Shown in pieces: positions 1-9,161 of a stretch of DNA of 32,000 nucleotides. Made by a program: the position numbers and the translations under genes. The notes beneath the pieces were generated by a model. That model searched no databases, had not been told where the DNA came from, and saw only the letters and a list, made by a program, of their open reading frames with translations. This stretch comes from Moraxella nasovis (GTDB taxonomy: Bacteria; Pseudomonadota; Gammaproteobacteria; Pseudomonadales; Moraxellaceae). The stretch's first letter is position 1; each line of letters begins with the position of its first letter. The stretch spans positions 1,560,001-1,592,000 of the forward strand of contig NZ_CP089976.1 in the NCBI RefSeq assembly GCF_022701215.1. Reading direction: 5' to 3'.

Positions 1-299
1 GATGTCATATCCCCGTGTACTCGGATTTTACCTGTCATAAAAGCTTCAATCGCAAGATTTGTATCTTTGGTTTTGATGATTTGGTTGAGTGTATCGCCAT
101 CAATTGTAATACTGCTTGTGGCATTTTGAGTTAGACCCTGATAAAGCTTACCATTTTTTAGGTGAAGATCGGCATTAGTGCCTGTAACGGTGACGTTAAT
201 GATGAGATTTGATAAGCTAGGCGGTAGATTTAGTTCGCCTGCAGATTCATTAAGCTCATCAATTTGATTAAACCAAGCTTGACTTAGAAATTTTGCCAT
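1..299 (-). CDS. SCP2 sterol-binding domain protein (N-terminal 99 codons; C-terminus lies beyond the window edge)
   Basis: My own minus-strand translation from the ATG at 299-297 gives MAKFLSQAWFNQIDELNESAGELNLPPSLSNLIINVTVTG...LAIEAFMTGKIRVHGDMT, with no stop down to position 1. FMTGK-x-x-x-x-GDM is the typical SCP2 motif. It is absent from the ORF track because it is truncated. Confidence 0.7.
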   Translation of the reverse strand, partial: MAKFLSQAWFNQIDELNESAGELNLPPSLSNLIINVTVTGTNADLHLKNGKLYQGLTQNATSSITIDGDTLNQIIKTKDTNLAIEAFMTGKIRVHGDMT

Positions 300-552
300 G
301 TGAAATATAAACTCTTTAATGGAAGATTAGTATTTTATTATAAGCCAAAAATCAATAATAGGGTGTAGTTTTTTAAAACATCTATTAGGATGGGTAGCTT
401 TCATCAAAAAGATTGCCATTTAAGCATTAAATAAAGCATTTAAATGGTGCTAGGTGTGTAAGTTTTATCAAAAAATTGCAAAATGCAGTAAATTTTTGAC
501 GTTTTTTTTACAAAACATGGGGGAAAAATTACATTTGTGTTGTATTGTGTTG

Positions 553-558
553 TATAAT
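553..558 (+). promoter_or_regulatory. Candidate -10 hexamer TATAAT in the long ccoN upstream region
   Basis: A perfect TATAAT lies at 553-558, but only a weak -35 (TTACAT/TACATT around 529-535). It sits about 310 nt upstream of the ccoN ATG, so it would imply a long leader. Confidence 0.25.
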
Positions 559-867
559 ATAGGGTGAAAATTGAAAGTAATACCACATTGTCATTGTGGA
601 TTTAGACATAAAAGGACTAAAAGTCGCTTTTATCGTTATAGTAATGCAAGCCAAGCCATCAAAGCATCATCTTAATTAGATGGTCAAGCAAGCAAACAAA
701 AAATCATCAGCACTGCCGTTCATTGCTATTTGTTTACTTGTGAGCTAGATTGTAGGCAAGGCAAGTCATTAAAACCAATTAAAATTAATAAATAGTTCAT
801 TCACTTGCGACATTTCTTGTAAGAAGAATGAAACACAAATAAATCGGGCTGCACAGGAAACTATCCA

Positions 868-2361
868 ATGAGTCTATCTAAAACAGCATTAGCTCCGATT
901 AACATTGACCATGAATACGAAATCACTATCGTGCGTTTTTTCACCATCATGGCAGTTATTTGGGGTATTATCGGCATGGCTGTGGGCGTATTTATCGCAT
1001 CTCAGCTTGCATGGCCGGTACTCAACTTTGACACCGCTTGGCTATCATTTGGACGCCTAAGACCGCTACATACGAATGCGGTGATTTTTGCGTTTGGTGG
1101 TTCAGCACTTTTTGCAACTTCGTATTACATCGTACAGCGTACATGTAAGACTCGACTATTTGCACCTTATCTTGCTTGGTTCACCTTTTGGGGTTGGCAA
1201 GCGATTATCGTATCAGCAGTTATTACTTTGCCTTTGGGGATTACTTCTGCCAAAGAGTATGCTGAGCTTGAATGGCCGATCGACATCGCCATTGCATTAG
1301 TATGGGTATCTTATGCCATCGTATTCTTTGGTACGTTAATGAAGCGTAAGACTTCCCATATCTATGTAGCAAACTGGTTTTTTGCGGCATTTATCATCAC
1401 CATTGCTTTGCTTCACATTGTTAATAACCTAGCCGTTCCTGTGGGATTTTGGAAAGCATACTCCCTATATGGTGGAGCGACTGATGCGATGGTTCAGTGG
1501 TGGTATGGACATAATGCGGTAGGTTTCTACTTAACGGCAGCATTCTTAGGTATGATGTATTACTTCATTCCTGTTCAGATTGGTCGCCCTGTGTACTCGT
1601 ATCGCTTATCTATTGTTCACTTTTGGGCATTGATTGCATCATATATGTGGGCAGGTGGTCACCATCTACACTATTCAGCACTGCCTGACTGGACTCAGTC
1701 TTTGGGCATGGTGTTCTCATTAATCCTATTTGCACCATCTTGGGGTGGTATGATTAACGGCGTGTTAACTCTATCTGGTAGCTGGGATAAGTTACGTACA
1801 GACCCAATCATCCGTTTTTTGATTGTGGCATTGTCATTTTATGCGATGAGTACCTTTGAAGGTCCGATGTTGTCTATCAAGGCGGTGAACGCTATTAGCC
1901 ATGACACAGACTGGACAGTAGGGCACGTTCACTCAGGTGCGTTAGGTTGGGTTGGTATGATTACCATCGGCTCTATCTATGTGCTATTGCCACGTATTTG
2001 GAATAAAGCCAAAATGTACTCAACAAACCTAATCACAGTACACTTTTGGCTTGCAACAACAGGCACAGTGCTTTATATCGTTGCGTTATGGATATCTGGT
2101 ATTACCCAAGGTATGATGTGGCGTGCGACTAACTCAGACGGTACTTTGTCTTATGACTTTATCCAGACTGTTGTGGTATCGCATTGGCCATTCGTTGTTC
2201 GTGCGTTAGGTGGCTTGCTTTATGTTAGCGGTATGCTGGTGATGGCTTATAACTGTTATAAGACCATTCAGATGCCAAGCATACCTGAGCCAATCGCTGA
2301 GCCTGATGAAGTGAATACTGGTAGTGACGAAGTGTTTGACAACGACACTGTCAAGGCTTAA
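868..2361 (+). CDS. ccoN: cbb3-type cytochrome c oxidase subunit I (CcoN)
   Basis: 497-aa polytopic membrane ORF with haem-copper oxidase His-containing motifs ([26 protein letters not shown]). An AGGAAA Shine-Dalgarno sits upstream. It is followed by ccoO, ccoQ and ccoP. Confidence 0.95.
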   Translation: MSLSKTALAPINIDHEYEITIVRFFTIMAVIWGIIGMAVGVFIASQLAWPVLNFDTAWLSFGRLRPLHTNAVIFAFGGSALFATSYYIVQRTCKTRLFAPYLAWFTFWGWQAIIVSAVITLPLGITSAKEYAELEWPIDIAIALVWVSYAIVFFGTLMKRKTSHIYVANWFFAAFIITIALLHIVNNLAVPVGFWKAYSLYGGATDAMVQWWYGHNAVGFYLTAAFLGMMYYFIPVQIGRPVYSYRLSIVHFWALIASYMWAGGHHLHYSALPDWTQSLGMVFSLILFAPSWGGMINGVLTLSGSWDKLRTDPIIRFLIVALSFYAMSTFEGPMLSIKAVNAISHDTDWTVGHVHSGALGWVGMITIGSIYVLLPRIWNKAKMYSTNLITVHFWLATTGTVLYIVALWISGITQGMMWRATNSDGTLSYDFIQTVVVSHWPFVVRALGGLLYVSGMLVMAYNCYKTIQMPSIPEPIAEPDEVNTGSDEVFDNDTVKA

Positions 2362-2373
2362 AGGGGGAGAGTC

Positions 2374-3012
2374 ATGTCAAATATTACTCACGAAATTGTT
2401 GAGAAAAATACAGGTTTACTCGTTACTTTCATCGTTATCGCCATCAGCTTTGCGACATTGGTTGAAATTGTTCCGTTGATTTTTGACCGTAATGCACCAG
2501 AAGAAGGCGGCGTAAACAAACCGCTACCGAATATGCGTCCTTGGACGGCTCTTGAGCTTGAAGGTCGTGATATTTATATCCGTGAAGGTTGCCACGTTTG
2601 CCACACACAGATGGTTCGCCCACTGCGTGCAGAAGTGGAGCGTTATGGACCTTATAGCCGTGCTGCTGAGTCAGCATGGGATCACCCATTCTTATGGGGC
2701 TCTAAGCGTACAGGTCCAGACCTTGCCCGTGTGGGTGGTCGTTACTCTGACCAGTGGCACGTTGACCATCTCACCAACCCACGTTCGGTTGTTCCTGAAT
2801 CGGTGATGCCATCTTATCCTTGGCTTGCTACAAGCGAAGTAGATGGTGCGAAAGTTCAAGCAAAAATGCGTGTCTTTAAAGACCGCTTTGGCTTGCCTTA
2901 TACCGAAGCAGATATTGAGGCGGCACCAGACCAAGTACAAGGTGCAACAGAGCTTGATGCTGTCGTTGCTTACCTACAACAACTTGGTATTGCCATGAAA
3001 GGTCAACGCTAA
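2374..3012 (+). CDS. ccoO: cbb3-type cytochrome c oxidase subunit II, monohaem (CcoO)
   Basis: 212 aa with an N-terminal TM helix, a single CHVCH haem c site, and the conserved [20 protein letters not shown] block. A GGGGGAG Shine-Dalgarno precedes the ATG. Confidence 0.95.
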   Translation: MSNITHEIVEKNTGLLVTFIVIAISFATLVEIVPLIFDRNAPEEGGVNKPLPNMRPWTALELEGRDIYIREGCHVCHTQMVRPLRAEVERYGPYSRAAESAWDHPFLWGSKRTGPDLARVGGRYSDQWHVDHLTNPRSVVPESVMPSYPWLATSEVDGAKVQAKMRVFKDRFGLPYTEADIEAAPDQVQGATELDAVVAYLQQLGIAMKGQR

Positions 3013-3185
3013 TGAATTGGGGCGTTTTGCATAGTATTGCGACCGTATTGGCAGTGATTGCTTTTTTCGGCATCGCATGGTGGGCATACTCACCAAAAAA
3101 TAAAAAACGCTTTGAAGAAGACGCACAACTTGTGCTTGATGATATTACCGTATCAAAAAGCAAGCACACTAAGGATATACAATGA
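3012..3185 (+). CDS. ccoQ: cbb3-type cytochrome oxidase small subunit CcoQ (57 aa)
   Basis: Own translation: [57 protein letters not shown]. It has a single TM helix and the AYSPKNKKRFEE motif typical of CcoQ. Its start overlaps the ccoO stop (TAATG) and its stop overlaps the ccoP start (ATGA). It is too short for the supplied ORF track. Confidence 0.85.
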   Translation: MNWGVLHSIATVLAVIAFFGIAWWAYSPKNKKRFEEDAQLVLDDITVSKSKHTKDIQ

Positions 3186-4252
3186 GCTTTTTTTGGGGTT
3201 CTTGGATTACCGTCCTGTCGCTAGGCTGCTGGTTATTTATCTTCGGCGTACTGATATGGACACTAAAATCCAAGCCTGTCTTAGAAGAAGATGAAACGAC
3301 AGGGCATTCTTACGATGGTATCCGTGAATATGATAAACCATTACCAAAATGGTGGTTGGTCATCTTCTTTGGTACATTGATTTGGGGTCTGGGCTATTTT
3401 GTTCTATTCCCATCTATTCAGCCAAATGTTTGGAAAGGTGTTACAACCGTTGAAGTTGATGGTCAAGCCGTGCCTTGGACATCAGAAAATGAACTAAACA
3501 GTCAGCTGCAAGCCAACAATAAAGTGTTCATAGATAACTTTGAACAAGGTATTTTGGTAAATGCAGGTGCAACAGGTGCAACAGCCATCTTGGCTAAATT
3601 GAATGATTTAGAAGCACAGCAACGTGCAAGCCAAACTCCTTCTAAAGAAATTCAAGCACAAATTGATGAGCAGTTAAAAGCACTAGCTCCTTATGTAGAT
3701 AAGCTTGCTACCGACCCTGAAGCTCAGAAAGTTGGTAACAGACTATTCCTACAAAACTGTGCATTATGTCACGGCTCCAATGCTAAAGGTACAACAGGCT
3801 ATCCAAACCTAACAGATAATGATTGGCTGTACGGTGGTGAAGCAGAAAATGTACTGACCACGATTCATAATGGTCGTGTAGGTGGAATGCCAGCTTGGCA
3901 GCAACAATTGGGCGAATCAGGTGTTCGTGCCGCTGCTGAATATGTGTTATCAATCTCTGGCAACCAAAATGGCTATGAGCTAAACCAAGAGCAAGTAAAC
4001 CAAGGCAAGGCAATCTTTGATGCCAACTGTGTATTATGTCATGGTGAAGATGCTAAAGGTATGGTTGCAATGGCAGCTCCAAACTTAACCGATGATATCT
4101 GGTTGTTTGGCGGTGAGCGTGAAGTCATTAGAGAAACAATCCGTAACGGTCGTTCTGGCGTGATGCCTGAGTGGGCAAGTAAGCTTGGTAATGAGCGTGT
4201 TATGCTTCTTGCAGCTTATGTGCGTTCACTATCACAAAACCCAGCAGAATAA
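3182..4252 (+). CDS. ccoP: cbb3-type cytochrome c oxidase subunit III, dihaem (CcoP)
   Basis: 356 aa with an N-terminal TM region, the YDGIREYDKPLPKWW motif, and two CxxCH sites (CALCH, CVLCH). Confidence 0.95.
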   Translation: MSFFWGSWITVLSLGCWLFIFGVLIWTLKSKPVLEEDETTGHSYDGIREYDKPLPKWWLVIFFGTLIWGLGYFVLFPSIQPNVWKGVTTVEVDGQAVPWTSENELNSQLQANNKVFIDNFEQGILVNAGATGATAILAKLNDLEAQQRASQTPSKEIQAQIDEQLKALAPYVDKLATDPEAQKVGNRLFLQNCALCHGSNAKGTTGYPNLTDNDWLYGGEAENVLTTIHNGRVGGMPAWQQQLGESGVRAAAEYVLSISGNQNGYELNQEQVNQGKAIFDANCVLCHGEDAKGMVAMAAPNLTDDIWLFGGEREVIRETIRNGRSGVMPEWASKLGNERVMLLAAYVRSLSQNPAE

Positions 4253-4270
4253 TCCTTATTCTGTCATAAA

Positions 4271-4302
4271 AAAAGACCCCAACGATTTGGGGTCTTTTTT
4301 TT
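4271..4302 (+). terminator. Rho-independent terminator of the cco operon
   Basis: Stem GACCCC (4275-4280), 8-nt loop, GGGGTC (4289-4294), then a T run. It starts 19 nt after the ccoP stop. Confidence 0.8.
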
Positions 4303-4403
4303 ATTATGCAATTTTTAGTTGATGGCACATGTGTAAACTTTTGCATGGTTAAGCTTGTGGTGATTGCCATGAGTGATGACTGACAAGAGATGGGTTGATC
4401 AAT

Positions 4404-4430
4404 AAAAAAGGCGTTAATAATACGCCCTTT
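4404..4430 (-). terminator. Rho-independent terminator of the 4442-5401 gene
   Basis: Stem GGCGT (4410-4414) pairs with ACGCC (4422-4426). On the minus strand it is followed by TTTTTTATT, directly downstream of the stop at 4442. Confidence 0.55.
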
Positions 4431-4441
4431 TGATAATCTAG

Positions 4442-5401
4442 TTAAGCGGTTTGATTGTCAGTGTAGATGGCAGCTTGTAGCCAGATATTAGCTTGGATAT
4501 AGTCGTGGACTTGAATTTTTGCGGTATCTTTGGTGCTTATAGCAGCGATGCGTACGACTAATGGCTGAGCATCTGGTTCACGTAAAATGACGACATCAAA
4601 TAACGTAATGTCTTTATCAAAGGCTTTGGTTTGGCTAATGCCTAGCACCTGACCTTGGCACCACGCTTCATCTTCTTGACCGAAAGTTTCGCCAAATAAA
4701 TAAATACAGCTATGCCCAAGATTTATCTCCACAGGTGCAAGCGGTTCGCCTTCTTTGATGTCGCTTGGTTGCCATTGACTGATTTGAGCTTCGATATCAT
4801 CAGGTACTGTACCACCATTTGCACTAACGATATCATTAAAAGCACGGTGATAGCGGATAGCGTCTTGATCTTCGACTAAAATGGATTCGTTTTTATCGCT
4901 TGGTGCGATATGATATGCCCACGCACTAAAATTTACAAAATAATCAGTATACGCATCGTAGCTGTTGGCATTGATGGCGTGCAGCTGATCAAAGGCATAA
5001 ATGGTTGCACCATCTGGTGTCTTTAGGCGTAAGATGGCATCAGTGGTTTTTGCACAGCTAATCACACGCTCAATACGGCAGGTTAGTCCGTAAGGTCCAT
5101 CAACAGCTGGAAAGGCATTAATGAATGCTTCAGGCTTGCCATCTTTCATGCTCAGCACTTGTTTGGTGTGGCAGGTGTCGTTTGTCGCTAATAATAAGTG
5201 GCGATTTTGGGTGCTATTTACCCCAAGTCCTGAGGGTAAGGCGGCTTTTTCGATCATCTGCCCAAGCCATCTTGGTACGTCTGTATTAATGTCGCTTGTG
5301 AGTATTGCCCAATGGTCGCCATGACTTGCATTTTTATCGCATGGCAAATCAATGCGTGTCGGAGCTTGTCTATGGTGATAAGTATAATGTTGTGTTGTCA
5401 T
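4442..5401 (-). CDS. Hypothetical cytoplasmic protein, 319 aa, no domain recognised
   Basis: Long uninterrupted ORF with no TM segments or signal peptide, an ATG start, and its own terminator. I cannot assign it to a family by eye. Confidence 0.7.
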   Translation of the reverse strand: MTTQHYTYHHRQAPTRIDLPCDKNASHGDHWAILTSDINTDVPRWLGQMIEKAALPSGLGVNSTQNRHLLLATNDTCHTKQVLSMKDGKPEAFINAFPAVDGPYGLTCRIERVISCAKTTDAILRLKTPDGATIYAFDQLHAINANSYDAYTDYFVNFSAWAYHIAPSDKNESILVEDQDAIRYHRAFNDIVSANGGTVPDDIEAQISQWQPSDIKEGEPLAPVEINLGHSCIYLFGETFGQEDEAWCQGQVLGISQTKAFDKDITLFDVVILREPDAQPLVVRIAAISTKDTAKIQVHDYIQANIWLQAAIYTDNQTA

Positions 5402-5590
5402 GATGAGTGCTTATTGATTTGGTTAAGGTGTAAAATATAACGTATCGTGATTTATGCTGTCTTAAATAGGGTGAAAATGTGAAAAATCAAGCTAATGCAT
5501 TATTTATCACTGTGAAAATATCAAATATCACCACTTTTAGGAAAAATGGTGTAAACTATTGGGTTAGTTTTGACAAGCTGTAGGAAGTCT

Positions 5591-6832
5591 ATGTTTCGCC
5601 CATTGTCGCTGTTTATTGGACTTCGGTATACTCGTGCCGAACGTAAAAATGGCTTTATTTCGTTTATCTCTCTTATCTCGATGATTGGTCTGACGCTTGG
5701 CGTTGCTGTGCTGATTACTGTCTTGTCGGTGATGAATGGCTTTGATCGTGAATTAAAAACACGTATTTTAGGTATGGTGCCACAAGCAACGGTAACTGCA
5801 GCAGAAGTCATTCCTGACTGGAAACAGCTGGCAGATGAGATTAAAGCACAAGACCAAAGCGTGGCTGCTGTTGCCCCTTTTATCACTTTACAAGGTATGA
5901 TTACTGCCAATGGGCAAGTGGCGGGCGTCGTTGTGTCAGGGGTAGAGCCACAATACGAAAAAGAAGTCTCAGTGATTGATAATCATATGACATCAGGCTC
6001 TCTTGATGGTCTTAAAGCAGGCGAGTTTGGTATCGTGCTTGGTGAGAGCTTGGTGCAGTCGCTAGGCGTGGGTATCGGTGAGCATATCACATTGGTGCTG
6101 CCAGAAGCGACACCATCTATTGCAGGGGTGATACCACGATTTAAGCGGTTTACGCTTGTGGGGACATTTAAGATTAGTCCAGAGCTTGATAATGTTATGG
6201 GTTATGTTGCCATGCGTGATGCTGGGGTGATGCTTCGTTTGCCAGAGGGGGCTCAAGGCATCCGTATGCAGATGAAGGATATTTTTAAAGCACCATCGGC
6301 AGCGATTAACGCATCTATGCTAGATAGCAGACTAATGCCAAGCGACTGGACTCGCACGCATGGTAATCTATTTAGTGCCATTCAGATGGAAAAGGCGATG
6401 ATTGGCTTGCTGTTATTTTTAATCGTTATTGTTGCTGCCTTTAACATCGTCTCAAGCCTTGTCATGCTGGTAACAGATAAGAAGTCAGACATTGCCATCT
6501 TAAAGACGTTTGGGGCATCACCCAAGCTAATTATGCAAGTATTTATGGTGCAAGGCATGATTATTGGGGTGATTGGCACAGTGCTAGGTACTGTCTTAGG
6601 GGTGACGCTTGCTTTGACTGTTAATGATATCTTGGTGTTTATCAGTTCAGTGTTTGGCATTAGTCTATTTGATTCAAGTGTGTATTTTGTTGATTATTTA
6701 CCATCTCAAGTGAAGCTGATTGATGTATTGATTATCGTGAGTGCGTCTTTTTTACTGAGCTTTTTAATGACGATTTATCCTGCACTGCGAGCTTCTCGCA
6801 TTGCTCCTGCACAGACGTTGCGTTATGAGTGA
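5591..6832 (+). CDS. lolC: Lipoprotein-releasing ABC transporter permease, LolC/LolE family (single copy; possibly LolF-type)
   Basis: It opens with MFRPLSLFIGLRYTRAERKNGFISFISLISMIGLTLGVAVLI, the classic LolC/E N-terminus, and has a C-terminal FtsX-type 4-TM region. I preferred the ATG at 5591 (AGGAAG Shine-Dalgarno at 5582-5587) over the track start at 5570. lolD follows immediately. Confidence 0.9.
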   Translation: MFRPLSLFIGLRYTRAERKNGFISFISLISMIGLTLGVAVLITVLSVMNGFDRELKTRILGMVPQATVTAAEVIPDWKQLADEIKAQDQSVAAVAPFITLQGMITANGQVAGVVVSGVEPQYEKEVSVIDNHMTSGSLDGLKAGEFGIVLGESLVQSLGVGIGEHITLVLPEATPSIAGVIPRFKRFTLVGTFKISPELDNVMGYVAMRDAGVMLRLPEGAQGIRMQMKDIFKAPSAAINASMLDSRLMPSDWTRTHGNLFSAIQMEKAMIGLLLFLIVIVAAFNIVSSLVMLVTDKKSDIAILKTFGASPKLIMQVFMVQGMIIGVIGTVLGTVLGVTLALTVNDILVFISSVFGISLFDSSVYFVDYLPSQVKLIDVLIIVSASFLLSFLMTIYPALRASRIAPAQTLRYE

Positions 6833-6838
6833 TATGCC

Positions 6839-7519
6839 ATGAGTATTATTTTACAAGCCAATAATATCAGTAAGGTTTATGCCGAAGAAAAAATCAGCAC
6901 AACTGTTTTGACAGGGCTTGATTTGACGGTCAAGTCAGGAGAGAAAGTTGCCATCATCGGCACAAGCGGATCGGGAAAATCAACATTACTGCATTTGCTT
7001 GGCGGATTAGACACTCCTACCACAGGCGAGGTTTGGCTAAAAGGTATTTGTCTAAATCACCTAAATGAGACTGAGCGAGGGCATTTGCGTAATGAGCATT
7101 TAGGTTTTATTTATCAATTTCATCATTTGCTTGCTGAGTTTACTGCTACTGAGAATGTCGCTATGCCGTTACTCATGCGGGCTGATATATCGGTAAAAGA
7201 GGCACGTAGCCGAGCAAATGCATTGCTTGATAAGGTGGGACTATCCCATCGCACGCACCACAGACCTAGCGAGCTGTCAGGTGGCGAGCGTCAGCGTGTG
7301 GCGATTGCTAGGGCGTTGGTGACACAGCCTGCACTCGTTTTGGCAGACGAGCCGACAGGGAATTTGGATGATGATAATGCTAAAGCGGTGTTTGATTTAT
7401 TATCTGAGCTACAAAGCACGCTAGGCACGGCACTGCTTATGGTAACGCATGACAGAAATTTGGCGAGTATGGCAGACAGACAGCTTGAGATGCGATCAGG
7501 TGCGTGGGTGAATCGCTAG
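6839..7519 (+). CDS. lolD: Lipoprotein-releasing system ATP-binding protein LolD
   Basis: 226 aa with Walker [10 protein letters not shown], signature [15 protein letters not shown], Walker [13 protein letters not shown] and H-loop VTHD. It sits 6 nt after the permease gene. Confidence 0.93.
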   Translation: MSIILQANNISKVYAEEKISTTVLTGLDLTVKSGEKVAIIGTSGSGKSTLLHLLGGLDTPTTGEVWLKGICLNHLNETERGHLRNEHLGFIYQFHHLLAEFTATENVAMPLLMRADISVKEARSRANALLDKVGLSHRTHHRPSELSGGERQRVAIARALVTQPALVLADEPTGNLDDDNAKAVFDLLSELQSTLGTALLMVTHDRNLASMADRQLEMRSGAWVNR

Positions 7520-7665
7520 GATTATCGTGTCAATCGGCGTGTAGTAGATTTAGGGCTAAATGGAGTTATTATATGCGGCATAGCCGTCTGAGTAATGATT
7601 AGATGGGTATAACTTAAGCACTGCTCTAAAAAGCGGAGTATCTGTGATGATTTTATGCCAGTTTT

Positions 7666-7691
7666 AGAGTTGTCAGACGGCAACTCTTTTT
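7666..7691 (+). terminator. Hairpin plus T-run, probable lolCD terminator
   Basis: AGAGTTG (7666-7672), loop TCAGACGG, CAACTCT (7681-7687), then TTTT. The loop carries a GCCGTCTGA 9-mer on the minus strand (see findings). Confidence 0.5.
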
Positions 7692-7718
7692 GTATTGGTA
7701 AATTGGCAATCAGGCAAG

Positions 7719-8330
7719 TTATTTGTGCTTGGCTGTTTTTGTGTCGTAGTGATTTTTTGGTTCAAAACCTTGAATATTAGTATTGTAGCCAGAACGTTTT
7801 TGCCACTGCTTGACGATATGATATCGCCAAAAAACTCGAAATAACAAGCCGGCGATGACGCTAGAAACCACAGCACAGATGATTAATCCCAATAAAAACG
7901 CATGCAGCGAGAAAGAAGTGTGGGCAGCTAGTGGGTTGATGTCTTGATTGGTGAACCACTGTGCCATGTCAGATAAAATATGCTTAATGGTGCGCACTCC
8001 AATCATAGGTTCGCCTAAGATATATGCACCAACAGAATAAGCAAACCACACCACAGGAATGGCAGTTAAAGGGTTGGTTATCCATGTTAGGGCGACCGCC
8101 ATGGGTACATTGGCACGCAGCAGTAATGCACCAAGCACAGCAAGCGGCATTTGCCCTGGCAAAGGAAAAAAAGCACACAGTATGCCAACATATACCGCAC
8201 GCTCAAGTGAGTTACGGTTCATATGCCATAAACGAGGGTCGGTTAAAAATGGTCCAAACCATCCAATAATGCGATTTTCGCGTAGCTTTTCTGGCGAGGG
8301 TAGCCATGCTTTAAGTTTTTGTTTTGGCAT
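7719..8330 (-). CDS. DUF2062 domain-containing membrane protein
   Basis: The N-terminus MPKQKLKAWLPSPEKLRENRIIGWFGPFLTDPRLWHMNRNSLERAV..FFPLPGQMPLAVLGALLLRANVPMAVALTWITNPLT matches my memory of the DUF2062 signature. The start is either 8330 (MPKQ) or 8339. Confidence 0.8.
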   Translation of the reverse strand: MPKQKLKAWLPSPEKLRENRIIGWFGPFLTDPRLWHMNRNSLERAVYVGILCAFFPLPGQMPLAVLGALLLRANVPMAVALTWITNPLTAIPVVWFAYSVGAYILGEPMIGVRTIKHILSDMAQWFTNQDINPLAAHTSFSLHAFLLGLIICAVVSSVIAGLLFRVFWRYHIVKQWQKRSGYNTNIQGFEPKNHYDTKTAKHK

Positions 8331-8520
8331 AACTATCAAATGTTCAAATATTTGCTATTATATATTAAAAATCGTTATCTATACTAATTTTTATTGATAA
8401 ATAACTGCTCGTTAGAGTGGTTTTTATGTTTAATTTGTGTAACTTGCCTTAAAATAAGATAAATTGTGCTAAAATAAGTCTTATATTTTAAACCACAATA
8501 TAACAATTTAGTAAGTGATT

Positions 8521-9114
8521 ATGACAGATAAACTAAAAATTCAACACCCAAAACCCACCAAAAAACCCACCAAAAAAGCACTCATTTGGATTGACCTTGA
8601 AATGACAGGCTTAGATACGATGACAGATGAGATTATTGAGATTGCCACCATCGTTACCGATGATAATCTGAACATCTTGGCAGAAGGTCCTGTTTTTGCC
8701 ATTAAAGTGCCAGATACTGTGCTAAATAGCATGGATGACTGGAATAAAAAACAGCATGGGCAGTCAGGTCTGGTGGATCGCATTCGCAGAAGTACGATTA
8801 CGCTTGAGCAGGCAGAACGTGAAACGATAGAGTTTTTGTCAAAATGGTGTGATGCAGGCGCATCACCAATGTGCGGTAATTCTATCTGCCAAGACCGTCG
8901 TTTTTTGGCAAGGCAAATGCCAAAGCTTGAACGGTTTTTTCATTACCGTAATTTAGATGTATCAAGTGTTAAAGAGCTTTGCTATCGCTGGCGACCTGAT
9001 GTAGCAAGTGGTTACCAAAAAGGCGGTACTCATTTGGCGTTGGACGACATCAGAGATTCCATTCGTGAATTGCGACATTATCGTGAGCATTTTTTTAAGT
9101 TGCTTGATGGCTAA
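8521..9114 (+). CDS. orn: Oligoribonuclease
   Basis: The [12 protein letters not shown]...[10 protein letters not shown]...[12 protein letters not shown]...[14 protein letters not shown]...[24 protein letters not shown] blocks are collinear with E. coli Orn. I preferred the ATG at 8521 over the GTG at 8515. There is an N-terminal extension of roughly 15 aa containing PTKKPTKK. Confidence 0.93.
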   Translation: MTDKLKIQHPKPTKKPTKKALIWIDLEMTGLDTMTDEIIEIATIVTDDNLNILAEGPVFAIKVPDTVLNSMDDWNKKQHGQSGLVDRIRRSTITLEQAERETIEFLSKWCDAGASPMCGNSICQDRRFLARQMPKLERFFHYRNLDVSSVKELCYRWRPDVASGYQKGGTHLALDDIRDSIRELRHYREHFFKLLDG

Positions 9115-9118
9115 ACAT

Positions 9119-9152
9119 AAAAACTGGCACAAATTAAGTGCCAGTTTTATTT
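9119..9152. terminator. Bidirectional Rho-independent terminator between convergent orn and the DUF3144 gene
   Basis: AAAAACTGGCAC (9119-9130), loop AAATTAA, GTGCCAGTTTT (9138-9148). A/T runs lie on both sides. Confidence 0.8.
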
Positions 9153-9161
9153 TATGTAGGA

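Noticed and set aside
300-867. FNR/ANR box (TTGAT-N4-ATCAA) expected upstream of a cbb3 oxidase operon.
   Set aside because: There is no TTGAT at all in 300-867. The ATCAA occurrences have no matching upstream half-site.
1088-1300. Short ORFs nested in or antisense to ccoN, ccoO and ccoP (1088-1300, 2444-2689, 2552-2806, 2692-2940, 2876-3169, 3058-3294, 3783-4013).
   Set aside because: All lie inside strongly supported cco genes in other frames or on the other strand. They lack Shine-Dalgarno sites and have odd composition, so they are shadow ORFs. The real small gene in 3012-3185 (ccoQ) is in a different frame from 3058-3294.
5521-5910. 129-aa minus-strand ORF overlapping the lolC 5' end. 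There are similar antisense ORFs in lolC, DUF2062, metK, MFS, pst, phoR and ilvA (for example 8059-8397, 10734-11087, 12842-13114, 23370-23669, 24567-24905, 27760-28206, 30396-30851).
   Set aside because: Each is antisense to or out of frame with a gene that has unmistakable family motifs, and none has an independent signal.
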